Shown here one piece after another: positions 25,625 to 37,403 of a stretch of DNA of 64,000 nt. The stretch is from NCBI RefSeq assembly GCF_009914755.1, contig NC_060938.1; one strand, written 5' to 3'. Source of the DNA: the human T2T-CHM13v2.0 reference genome, Homo sapiens. Under the pieces are notes generated by a model. It made no database searches and was not told the DNA's origin. It was given only the letters and a program-made list of their open reading frames with translations. Both the position numbers and the translations under genes were made by a program. Position 1 is the first letter of the stretch, and each line of letters opens with the position of its first letter.

Positions 25625-25963
25625 ATAAGGAATGTTTTGCAAATCAATACCATTCACAAAAAAGTCATGCAAGGCCAAAAATTAAATGTCATTTATTTTT
25701 CAGGAGGTAAAACATTTCAACAAATAGTCTTAGAAATGACAATATACTGATAGTCTAATCATCAGATTTGTTTTATAGGACTGTGACATTTATTTTCAAA
25801 AGTTTCTCAAGTATATGGGTCTGTGGTGATCAATACAGTACAATCCTTTTTCACTGTATGTCTTTAAGAGAAATATATATATATATCTGGTTTACAGTAT
25901 TAATGTGACAGATTAAAAGAAAAAGAAATGCTAAGAAGCTGCATAAAAGGAAAGCAGGCCTCA

Positions 25964-26298
25964 ATAGTATGCAACCACAAAAAAGAATGAAATCATGTCC
26001 TTTGCAGCAACATGGATGAAGTTGGAGGCCATAATTCGAAGTGAATTAATGCAGGAAGAGAAAACAAATACCACATGTTATCACTTATAAGTGGGAGTGA
26101 AACACTGAGCACACATGGACATAAACAGGGGAACAACAGATACTGTGGACTACAAGAAGGGGGAGGGAGGGAAGTGGGCCTGAGTTGCAAGACCACCTAT
26201 TGGTTACTATGCTTACTTCCTGGGTGTAATATACTCATGCAACAAACCTGCACATGTACCCCCTGTAGCTAAAATGAAAGTTGAAATTTAGAAAAAAA
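25964..26298 (+). mobile_element. L1 (old L1PA/L1PB) 3' fragment
   Basis: aagaatgaaatcatgtcctttgcagcaacatggatg..cacttataagtgggag..aaacctgcacatgtacccc..A-rich end. Confidence 0.9.
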
Positions 26299-26440
26299 TT
26301 AAAGTGGAGAAACCTCATGGGTTAACAAATACATTGGATCCTGTTTCTGAAGAGAACCCTCTAGGACAGGCAGACCTCAGGGAGGACTGAATAGGTGGAT
26401 CCTCCTACAATGCAATTTACAGGGCAGCCAATGCCCTTAC

Positions 26441-26622
26441 CTGTCCAGATTCTTTCTTGCATGTCCTGCCGTGGTGTCTGGCCACCGATCATGAAAGGGA
26501 GATTCTCCAGTGGAATAAATTTCATGGGCTGCTTTGCTGGCCTTTGGAGAGCAAGCACCTTCCAGAATATGACCCATGTGGTGTGGGGTTCTCCAAAGGG
26601 CGCGCTGAGGTAAAGACTGAGG
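26441..26622 (-). other. Candidate 182-nt exon of an unidentified (probably non-coding) transcript
   Basis: Minus strand: ttttgtgttttccctgcag acceptor and CAG|gtaagg donor; non-repeat-like, GC/CpG-richer than flanks; two frames open. Confidence 0.4.
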
Positions 26623-27004
26623 CTGCAGGGAAAACACAAAAGATATTTTTGGCTGCTTGGCAATGCACCCAGGGGAAGACCTTGGGTCGAATGTGTAGTC
26701 GTACTGGTGTGGGTTATTTGTGCGATTTCTAACTGACACATACAGATCAGGGCTGCTTTTTCACAACCATAGGTAGAAAGCTCACAGTTCACATTGAAGG
26801 TAAATCATGGCTGGACCAGTTCTGGGAGACTATTCTGTGCAAAGTCTTTATAATTTAATTCCAATGCTAGGTCAATAAATATGGCATGCCCATCAGCATA
26901 TAAAAGAGGGACAGTAAGCCAGCAAATAGGGTAAGCAAAATCCACGTCAATAGTGTACATGTTCAAAACCATTATTCTGGATTATTGGAAAGGGAAACCA
27001 AATT

Positions 27005-27330
27005 TTACGTGATAGAAACCCTGTTCACAACATTTTAAACACAGAAGTGAATTTATTCACTGATAGAATTAGGAAATCCGAAGAGGTACAGCTGATTTTA
27101 GGCCTGTCTCAATCTAAATGTTCAAACAAGTTCATGAGGCTTGATCTGTTTATCTCTTTCTTTCTTTTTCTTTGATCTGATTTCTTTTGTGGTTTCAAAA
27201 ATGGTCATCTACACCTCAGGTTTGTAGCATCCTTATATCTATGATTCCAGAGCGCAAAGGGAAATTTTCTCTGTCGCTGTGACCATATCATTCTCCACCA
27301 AGGGACTCCTATTGACCCTTCTTGTTTGGT
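27005..27330 (-). mobile_element. MaLR LTR relic (MLT1J/K/L-like)
   Basis: gtgatagaaaccc..ttaaac..gaatttattc..gaaatcc..caaaaatggtc..gactcctattgacc. Confidence 0.55.
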
Positions 27331-30300
27331 TCTAATCTAGCTGTCAGCTTTTGTCCCCACAGTTGCACTGTGCAAGTACAAAAAAAGGTCTCAGCTTATT
27401 TTAATGCTCAGAAAAATATATTCTAAGGAGACATTGCTGAAAATGATTTTTTGGCAAATGTTCAGGTCTTCAATCATAGTGACAAAAATAGCTACATACT
27501 GATAACTGTCATCTTATCAGAATTTCACCCGATCTGACAAGTTATTACTGACAGACATATGCTCTGGGAAATTGCATATCTGCTACTGTGGATAAGTACC
27601 TTCTCTGTTAATCTCCTTGGGTACCCACTATTAAAACAAAAATTTTTGCTTAAAATTAAGAGTTTTTTAAAACAAAAACAACAGTAGTTATAAAAATGGT
27701 TCTGAACTTTACAAATGTTGGAAGGATTTGAGCACATTTACTGTTCTTTCTGACTCTCAAACTGCAGAAAAATAAGAAAGAGTAAGAGAGAAAAAGAGAT
27801 GTTGGAAACTGAGTCCAGAAAAAAAGGAGAAAGAATGGTCAACTAAAGATTTTGTCAGTACAAGAGCATATCAAGAGAATACAGATAAATCAATGATGAA
27901 GCAGGTAAATCAGTACAGTGACTATAGCAAAAATATTTACTACCAGACTTTTAAAAACAGTTTCTCAGATAAATTTTATCATTTAATCATGGATAAAGAT
28001 TTTTAAAATAACAGTACTGAAGGCAGGGCAGAAAAATTTGAAATTTGGAATAGGGCTTCTTTAGAAAAAGAAGTATAACATAAATCTGAAATGTAAACCC
28101 CTTATTAGACAATGGGGGCAAAAAGTAGAATTTAACTCACACAAAAGTTTACAAACTCACAAAACATACATACTTCAGGAAAAAATCCATCATATAATGG
28201 GGACATCTTTTCTCTGATATGTTTGCTGAAAAATAAGGAGGCAGAGAAGAAGTTTGCCATACATATAATACAATGCAACCCCTGTGAACTGTGATATTTT
28301 ACCACTCATCTGCAGCTCCACAGAACACCATTGAATATATATCAGTGATGCTTCAGAAGGGCTTGTGTGTCACTGGAATTATGTTTTATTTATAGTAATT
28401 GACTCTATTTGGCCTGTGTTCCAGTTTTTAAGAGACCATAGTAGAAGGATCTTGATATGTGTGGTCACTGAATCCCATAATGCACCTAATTATGCTACAT
28501 TTTGCAATGGTGAGTTAGTTTTAATTTGCAGCTATGGCCTTTTCTTGATGTATATAGATATTTAACAGTATATCTAGGCTTTGAAACAACCGAACACAAA
28601 TGCCAGGTGATTTCTTTACAGTTGTACAAGGATAGAATACATGGTGATTTCTTAAAATTTACTGTATCTTTACAGAGGTGCTGGAAGGAAATTAACCATG
28701 TAAGCAGCTATCAATCAATCAATATCTACAAAGGACTTACTGTGCTCACAGTACTGTAGCAACTACTTTTCACAAAACAAGGGAAACGTAAAGTATGATG
28801 CTTACAGTATGTTAAATTTATAATACTGTCTTGCAAATGCAATAGAAATACACCAAAGGCACAGTGCACTATGTGCCGCGGGAGAAAAGAAAATTTAAGC
28901 TGGGCGTTGAAGGGTTGGTTAAATTCAGAGAAACAGTACACATAGTTTTCACGAAAAAAAGAAGGAGAATTATACAAAGATAAAGTGGTGAAAGTGGGCA
29001 TGTAGGTGTGGGGGCATGGATGTGTGGGGAAGAGGCACAGGAAGACCAAGAAAAGATGGAAGTGGTTAACAAGGTAAAAAAAGTTTGGATAGGTAAGAAA
29101 GAATTAGATGTAAGGAGGCTTTCAAATTTACTAAAGGAATCTGAACTTTTGATTTGATAAGATAATTGAAATAAAAAGGATTTTTGCCTTTGAGTAAGAG
29201 AATAACACATGGACAATCAAAATGGACAATGGTATTTGTCCACAGATGCAGCAAAGTAAAATACACTAGAAAGAAAAGAGAGGGTCAAAATATTGAAGGA
29301 AGTTTAAAGATTCCTGAGAGGTGCCTCTGTGAACTATTGGAGATTTGGGTCAGATGTCAAATTTAAATTAAATTTAAATTAAGCATGAAATCAAAATCTC
29401 TACTCTTAAGCAGTTTAATTTCATACCAACACCCTCAAAAAGTATTTTTAAGTAAATACTCTCTATGAAGCAAATTTCTATTTTAAAAAATCCCATTTAA
29501 TGCTAAAATAAGAGCCGTGATTGAAAAGAAAAAAATACCTTCACATGGATGTGTTTGCAATATTTGAGGAAAAGAAGATGTCCCCATGTTTTCCAACCCA
29601 TAAGCATGAAGCTCTCTGCATTGATTCTACTAATACTGAGAGTTTAGTCAGATGCTACATCAGGCCAAGAGCTTAGATTTAAATCATGCATTTGCATCTT
29701 AGTTCTTAAATAATGAACTAGACATTTGTTTCTAGGTGCAAACAACAGGTTTTTGGGATCCTCTTTATTTTCATTTATGGGGCCACAAACTACTGCACTT
29801 CCTGGGGGCTTTCACTTTACCTCTCTAGGAAACTAAATCTAGGAAAGATTTAGTGCATCTATTCAACCTCGTTTATTTCCAGTAAGTTTATTTATTTATT
29901 TATTGTGCATAGAATGCACTGCCTTCTAAGATGGGAGACAACTTGGTATTTCAATGTTTTAACTTCCCTGCTGGTTAAATTTTAGCTGTGTGACACATGG
30001 GAGCAAAGGAACAACCAGGATTTGTAAAGGATGTAAAAAATATAATGTTTGTGGGAGTAAAGATGACAATCAACTTAGCGGGGACTCCAGGGACGAACTA
30101 CATTTCTACCTTTCTTTTTATTCCCCTAATTCCAAGCACATTGCAAAAATAAAAACCCAAATAAACCAAACTAAACCAACCAAACAACAACAAAGTGTTT
30201 CAGGAGTTTAAGACTTTATTCGGTTTCGGCCCCTTGAGATGTTGTAGATAATTTAGTGTTATCTGATTCCATATGTATAGCCAAATGGAAACAGAAGGGA

Positions 30301-30814
30301 AAAAAAAAACAAACTCCTTTTGGTTGTTTTTGGGAGATGTTTATATTAATCATCCCAACTGATTATTATCTTGAGTTTTCTTGATAGGCTATGGGAATAT
30401 CATCAGATAATGCAGAAATGAGTATTTATTACATAAAAGAAATAATCTCAAAGACTCTATATTGATTTGCAGAAGTGCTATAACATATTTTTAATATTGA
30501 TGTTCCTTTGGGGTATTTGAGTCTTAAACACCACTACAAATAACTAAAGGTGTCCAAATTAAATTCATAAGTAGAATGTTTTAGTGAAGATTTCCAGTCC
30601 TAGCAATTGTTGGCATAGTGATTTGTGCCACTCCAACATGACAGTACTATAAACAACTAGTTTAGCAAAAAGCAAAACAAAACAAAAACAAGCAAAGAGC
30701 TGAAACATGGACTCAATCTTACTTTCCTCCACAATTCCTACACACAAGTCACTGATATTCACTAGTGAGGGTAATGTACTAGATAACCCTTGAATTGGGC
30801 CTGAACTTTAACTC

Positions 30815-31150
30815 CTTGGGCTTTTGCTGTCAGCATTTGTCCTACCAAGAAAATCTTGTGCCCCGCCTCAGCCTCTCAAATTCTCTCTATAATCTATCTT
30901 TAATTCTCAATTAAAATGCAACCATTCCTGGACAGATTTTTTTGTGTGTGTGCTTTCATTAGAATATGATATTCGTTGGGCTTCTCCTGGAATTATTTTG
31001 GCACATGTGTTACGTTTGCTATTAAATCGTTAACAGTGAAAGCCGGGGGCAAATATCGTGTCTTATCTCTTTAAAAAAATATCTCTTCATGATGCCAAAG
31101 AACAGTCCTTTGAAAATACAGGTATTAAATAACTATCTGCTAACTGAGAG
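30815..31150 (+). mobile_element. L2 3' fragment
   Basis: gggcttttgc..tctcaattaaaatgcaacc..gggggca..tgtcttatctc..caggtattaaataactatctgctaactga. Confidence 0.55.
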
Positions 31151-31344
31151 TCAACTTAACCATAAATTGTTAACAAGAACAAGAGCAATCCTGAACTGTT
31201 ACTTAACCTGTCACATATCTGTGTTCTTTTCTGTTTGTACTTTAGTTACAAGCTAGAAATGAAACATATTTTAAACATAGCATTTGTTCTTAACTTTGAA
31301 AAGACCAGCTCTAGGGTTCCCATTGTTTCTCATTCACAGTGTGC

Positions 31345-31562
31345 TATTAACAGAATAGACTTAGGGGTCAAACCATCCTGTTCCCGTGTGCCAACTTCAC
31401 CAGCTGTTAACTATTAATATAAGCAGTTTAACATCAGTTCTTCTCATATGTAAAATGGTAGTTGAAAGAGTCCCTATTTCCAAGGATGTTCTGAAAGTGA
31501 AATGCACAAATGCTTGCTTTACACAGTGCCAGTAAACACTAACTTATCCATAAGAATTAGTT
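31345..31562 (+). mobile_element. MIR SINE
   Basis: gacttaggggtcaaac..tcagttcttctcatatgtaaaatgg..acacagtgccagt. Confidence 0.7.
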
Positions 31563-33074
31563 GCTTCCAAGGCTTTTGGGAGATAGTGGGGATGTTCAAA
31601 TTCCTGCTGTCTTACCCTGTTTTTCGATCTTGTTCATTTCTAAATTTCAGATGCATATTGCCTTGCAATCTCAACAAGAAGCAAATTTCCAAACTACCAA
31701 CTCTTTTCTAATTTTTGAGCTTAAGAAGACACCTTATTAAATTTCTTTTATTGGAATAATAGGAAATACACACATTCTTTCTTATTTATCTCTATAGACT
31801 TCTCTATCCCTGATCTAAAGACATAAGGAAGTGAGGACTGTGTTTGAAGGAATAGCCAATTAAGAAAACAAGGAGATGGGGGTGGATGGTATCTTGGAAA
31901 CTTACATTGATTCAGGACTAGTTGACCTTAGTTTAAATCTAATATTTTTCTTCTCAAATGATTACATATTTTCCTACTTAATAATGACCAATGCAGACAG
32001 GCTGAGAGAACTTTGAAGTTCAATTGATAAATTATCTCCAGACCTTGTAAAACTATCATTATCCAGCTGCCTTACTGTATAGTCAAATTCAATTTGGGAC
32101 AATAAGAACATTGTAGCCATGTGTCTACCTCAGGGCCAAGTGTGTGATTGTGTGTGTGTGCACACATGTGCATGTGCAAGTGTACATGAGGCTGTGTATT
32201 AGAGTAAAACATGGCCAGTTGAAAAAATTGAAACTAAATGATGAATGCTCAACAGGAAGTTTCTGTGATCCAGGAACCTATTTGACTTGAAGCTGTTAAT
32301 TTTCCCTGGTATGTTCCAACACACTGCCAGGGACATATAGGATTTCTCCCTAGTGAATGCTATTATGCTGTTCCTCACTCTACTGCAAGGGGTAGAGGCA
32401 ACGACCGCAAGATCTTTGAGAATAATTATTTCTTCATATCAGAAAAGAGACTGCATTTTGCTGCATACAGATGGATTTTTCTTTCATCCCAGTGGCCTTC
32501 TTTGAAAGTCCTGAGAGTTACAGCAAGTGGTCTGGCCAGCCCTGCAACTAGCACACATAGCCATGATGCTGTGTTTTTGTTATTATGGCCTTTTTAGAGT
32601 GTTCTCCCTTTTCAAATGGATTTCATACACAATGAAATAACTGTCTGTCATTCATGGTAAAATCCACAGTTTGTGTTTCACCTTTCAGTTAAAACCATTT
32701 CTTTTCCTCCCCTTTCCCAAGTTCACTCTTCTAGAAATTGAAATTTACTTCTTTGCTAAACTGCAAGGTGTGCCAAACCGCAAATAGCTCAGGGATCATA
32801 ATTCAGAAGCTGCTGGTTCAGTCTCTTGTACGCAAGTCTGTAGAAGTTATACCATGGGCCCTCCAAGTTTCTCGGAGCAGCCAGGAAACCCAACAGGAAG
32901 ATGCTGAACTTGCCTAAAAGAACTTTCCAGAAGGCATTGGGATAACTACTCCATATTTTAAACCATATGGTAACGTAGACTCGTCTCTTTTCTGTTAGGC
33001 CAAACCTCCTTTTGCAAATAGATAAGTGATTCCTGGGGAAATAGCACTTGTTTTCCACCTTTTCTTACTGTTTA

Positions 33075-33246
33075 AGGGGACTGGACTGGGATTTAAAAGA
33101 TTTAAATTCTAGTCCCTGCTGAAAAGTTAACTAACTGTGACCTTGGGAAAGTTGCACATTCCCTTAGCTTGTTTCCTCATCTGTAATTTGAGGGGTTTGG
33201 AAGGAATGGTCTTTATGGTCCTGTCCAGCTTTACAATCCTGTGACT
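33075..33246 (+). mobile_element. MIR3/MIRc SINE
   Basis: actggactggga..ttctagtccc..actaactgtgaccttggg..gtttcctcatctgtaa..ggtcctgtccagct..cctgtgact. Confidence 0.85.
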
Positions 33247-33934
33247 TTACTCTGTGACTTTTTTCCTACAGTGCTTCCTTTGAGGCAAAAAAAAAAAAAA
33301 AAAAAAGTTAGGAGATGATTTTGTTTGTTTTTGCTTTGTTTGTTAGTGTGTGTGTTCCTCATTTTTGAAAAAAAATTTCTCCATCTATAAAAATAAATAG
33401 GAATCCCCCTGCGGTCTGTAAAAAGGCTTCATATTGAGTGCTATGTATAGCAGCCAGTTTTCCACTTCAATCCTCTAAAAATATCTGCTAACACAAAATA
33501 AGTGTAAATTATTACAAAGCCTCTCTCTGGCTCATTGTGTTTTGTGTGAGCTGCCCTCTGCTACAGTTTTCAGTGGCTGGAAGAGTTGGAGTTTAAATAT
33601 AGCCTGAGAAACAAGATCTGGTATTGTAATGACATTTTGTCACCTCTTAATATCTCACTGTATGGTGCCTGGATATGGAGTGCGAGGAGGCTGTGATGAA
33701 TAAACATATATCCAATTCCATGTTGATTGTCTCACCTCTTAATAACTTCTCTCTGTGAGATAAAATTAGCTCGTACATTCATTTTAAATACATAAAGGTG
33801 GATATGCCTACAAGTCAGTCTATAATGGGTAAAAGATTGAATGACCAGAAATTAACAAAACACAAGCACATTGGTGCAGAGAAGAGCAGAAAGAAAAGTA
33901 AAAGGAAAGGAAAAACGGTGATTCAAGAGTTTAA

Positions 33935-34210
33935 CCCTTTTCCCGTTTAGAAAAAATAAGCGCAGCTCGCAGCCCACACTTATTTAATTTTACATAAGCA
34001 TGCTCTTTGAGGCTGAAGCAAATCTGATGCTTTTCAATGTGAAAATAAAATTTAAAAACTATTCTTGGAGTTATTTCTAAACAGAACTAACATCAGAATC
34101 ATCTCAATCATCAGAATTGTCAATTTCGGAAAAATTGGATTCATCAAATGAATCTTCTGTCAACAACTATTCGAGAACGAAGTTAACATCATGCATAGAA
34201 ATGCTACATG
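33935..34210. mobile_element. MER75/Looper piggyBac-family relic, one end only
   Basis: TTAA (33931-34) followed by cccttttcccgtttagaaaaaa..gcagctcgc..ctctttgaggctgaagcaaatctga..ttcttggagttatttctaaacagaac. Confidence 0.85.
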
Positions 34211-34327
34211 TCAAATCCCTAATTTCTGTGGTCAATATGATTATGTCTCCTTGCTTTGCATTTCTGAAAAGCTACCTGCCATTGCTTTCATGACCAAGTC
34301 CAAATGGAAAGCTCTTTATAGTTCTGA

Positions 34328-34699
<372 letters not shown>

Positions 34700-35000
34700 A
34701 GAATTTTTAATAATACCTTTCTTCACATCTACTTGGCTTTAAACTTGTTTGGGCCAACCTTTCAAAACTACTTCAACAGTCAAAACCTTAATTTTCCTTC
34801 ACAAACCCAGTAAAATTCACCTCCTTGGCAACACCACCCCTGAGTCTCTCTGGCAGAACTTGCCCATCTCTTGATCCCCAGTAGGCCCCCTCTTCCCTGT
34901 GACATGGTGCTTACTGATGGCTGATGTTGCAACTTGTTTTCTCACTTGTCCCCCGACCGAACTGTGAACCCTTGTATGCAAGTACTGTCTCATCTTTTAA
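34700..35000 (+). mobile_element. L2 fragment (continues 34220-34390)
   Basis: cttgtttctcacttgtccccc..actgtgaaccc..actgtctcatc. Confidence 0.5.
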
Positions 35001-35179
35001 AATATATTATTGTAATTATTATGACGATTAAAATCCATTATCATATGCTCTATCCATTATACTGCAAGCATTCAAAAAATGAGACTAGATTGAAAAGATT
35101 CAACCTTGAGGGCTCATTATTCCCTATGAACATGTTTCTTTTTGTTCTCTTTCTTGTATCACCATCTTTCACGTTGGGT

Positions 35180-35300
35180 GTATGTTTATATCTTTTTCCA
35201 CTTTACCAGTTAGGAAACGGAGGCCTAGAAAGGTGAAGTAATTTTCCCAAGGTCACACAGCAGTTAAACAATAAAAGCCAAAGCCGACTTTGTCCAGACC
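35180..35300 (-). mobile_element. MIR fragment
   Basis: ccactttaccagttaggaaacggaggcctagaaaggtgaagtaattttcccaaggtcacacagc. Confidence 0.85.
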
Positions 35301-36639
35301 AGTCTTAAACAAATGTGCTTTGTTAGATTGAATAGAATTATAATAATTTTGTTTAAAATGATTTTTCTCTACCAAATGATAAGGGAATAATGCATGTGGT
35401 TAAGTCCCCAAAGGAAATGGAAAAATGATACAGAATGGAAAAATGGTGAAATTCAAGGCGATTCTGAGAAAGCAATTTGAATCTATCTTAGCTCTGATCT
35501 AGTTACCAAGGAAATTTAAATCAAGTACTCTTGAATTAGGAGTTGTTTCACCCTATTAACCTGCAGACAACTGTACTCTGTGGCCTGAAGTTTTGCCATA
35601 GACCTTCTTCATGTCAAGGCTTCTTATATGCCCAGTGTGTACCTCTCCTGCAGTTAGGCTTGGGCACAGGCACCACAAGCAGCAGACACACACAAAGTAT
35701 CATGCACACGAAGAACATGTGTTTGCAGAAAACACACAACCCTCTCATATTACCAGAGTTAGTTGAGCAAGGCTCACATTTATGTGGGCTTCCACTGTGC
35801 TGGATTCCTCTAGCATCTGACTGAGCTGCATCAAAGCACAATACAGCATCTTGTCCAAGACCATGAATTAAATACTCCATCACTGGATCTTTACTGTGTC
35901 AGCCGCAAGCAATTCAAGTTAAGTATATTTAAGGATCTCATATTGGATTTTTTCTGGCAAACTGACATCCCAGATATGTAAGTGCCATATTAAAAATAAA
36001 ATCCAGATATAGTTGTATGGAATTTGCAGGAAAAACTGCTGACTAAAAGGAACCTCATGTTGACATTACAAACCAAGGTCAAGGCTAAGTTGCAAATATA
36101 TATGCTGTGGGTGAGTTTCTTAGAGTAAAAAAAAAAAATGGAGTTACTTTACTTTTGAGTCTTGTTACACTGAGATTGATGAAAGGTCTTAAGCTTGGGG
36201 TGTTCCTCTTCATATTCAAATCTCGTGTAATTGCAAATAGAAAGTGGAATACTAAAACTTAAGGAATTAAGATAAAGAAAATTTATTTTTTGTATGTGCT
36301 TCAAATACCAGGCGAATTGTTCTCAATGCCAGTGGGCACAAAATGAAATGTCATTAACCCTCTGCCACCAAAAGCACATATTATAAGTAGAAAAATATTC
36401 ATTTTGGGTCAATCTGGCTGCATTCTACAAATATCTGTGATGTTTTTCCATGGCTTCAATAATCTAAATGTCACAACATAGAAGGTTGGAACTTGACCTC
36501 CCTTTTGAGTATTCTGGTTTCAACTTATAAATAAATAATTAAGATGAAAGGTTTTAGTAGAGGAATGAAGCTTTATAAAATTAAAAGGCACAACAAAACT
36601 GATGCTGTAGTCTTAAATATTGGGCAGAAATTGTCTTAA

Positions 36640-37080
36640 ATATTTTAATATGGAAGATTTCAAACCTACAAAAGAAAAAAGTACAATGAATACCATTGTT
36701 CTCACCAAAATCCAGCTTTAACAGTTATTAATTCAGAGCTATACTCCTGTCTACTCCCCCATAACATTGTGTTGAAATTTGTTACGCAAATATCATATAA
36801 TTTCATCTGTAAATATTGCAATATATAGCTCTAAAAGATACAGTATTCAAAAACTGGAAACAATAGCAATAATTCTATACTTTTAAATATACAATCAGGT
36901 TTCAAATATCCTTTATTATTTGCATTAACGTGTTTACAGTTGGTTTGTTCAAATGAGACACAATTATAGTTGGTTGATATGTCTTCTAAGGCACTTTTTA
37001 TAAATTGTTTCTCTGTGCTTTATATTTGTTGAAGAAATCAGGTTATTTGTAGAATTTCCAGCAATCTGGATTTTTACCAA
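36640..37080 (-). mobile_element. L1MC4/5-like 3' relic
   Basis: tattttaatatggaagatttcaaacctacaaaag..cagctttaacagttat..atttgttgaagaaatcagg..agaatttccagcaatctggattt. Confidence 0.7.
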
Positions 37081-37403
37081 GAATGACTCTAACACTATTT
37101 TTATTTCATTTTTTTCTTTAAAAGAACTCTAAAGGGTAACACTGTTGTCTTATATAAGATTCATCCTTTTAAACAGCAAAAATACAAAGAACTTTTACCC
37201 CACACTAGGTATAGTCTTGTTTTTCTCCACTGAAAAACATTTTTCTTTATGTTTGTGTTTATGACAAAAGAACATTATGGAAAAGAGAATGATGATTTAT
37301 CAATGGCGAGGGGCCAAATAAATCTTGTTTTCACTGATTGTTACAGCTGTAAAGGGCCATAGGAAGCAGTCTGTTGAATTGTTTTTTTTTAAATCCTTAT
37401 ACA

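Noticed and set aside
26361-26792. 143-aa ORF as a single-exon gene
   Set aside because: Non-ATG start and no recognisable homology; only the internal splice-bounded part is kept as a candidate exon.
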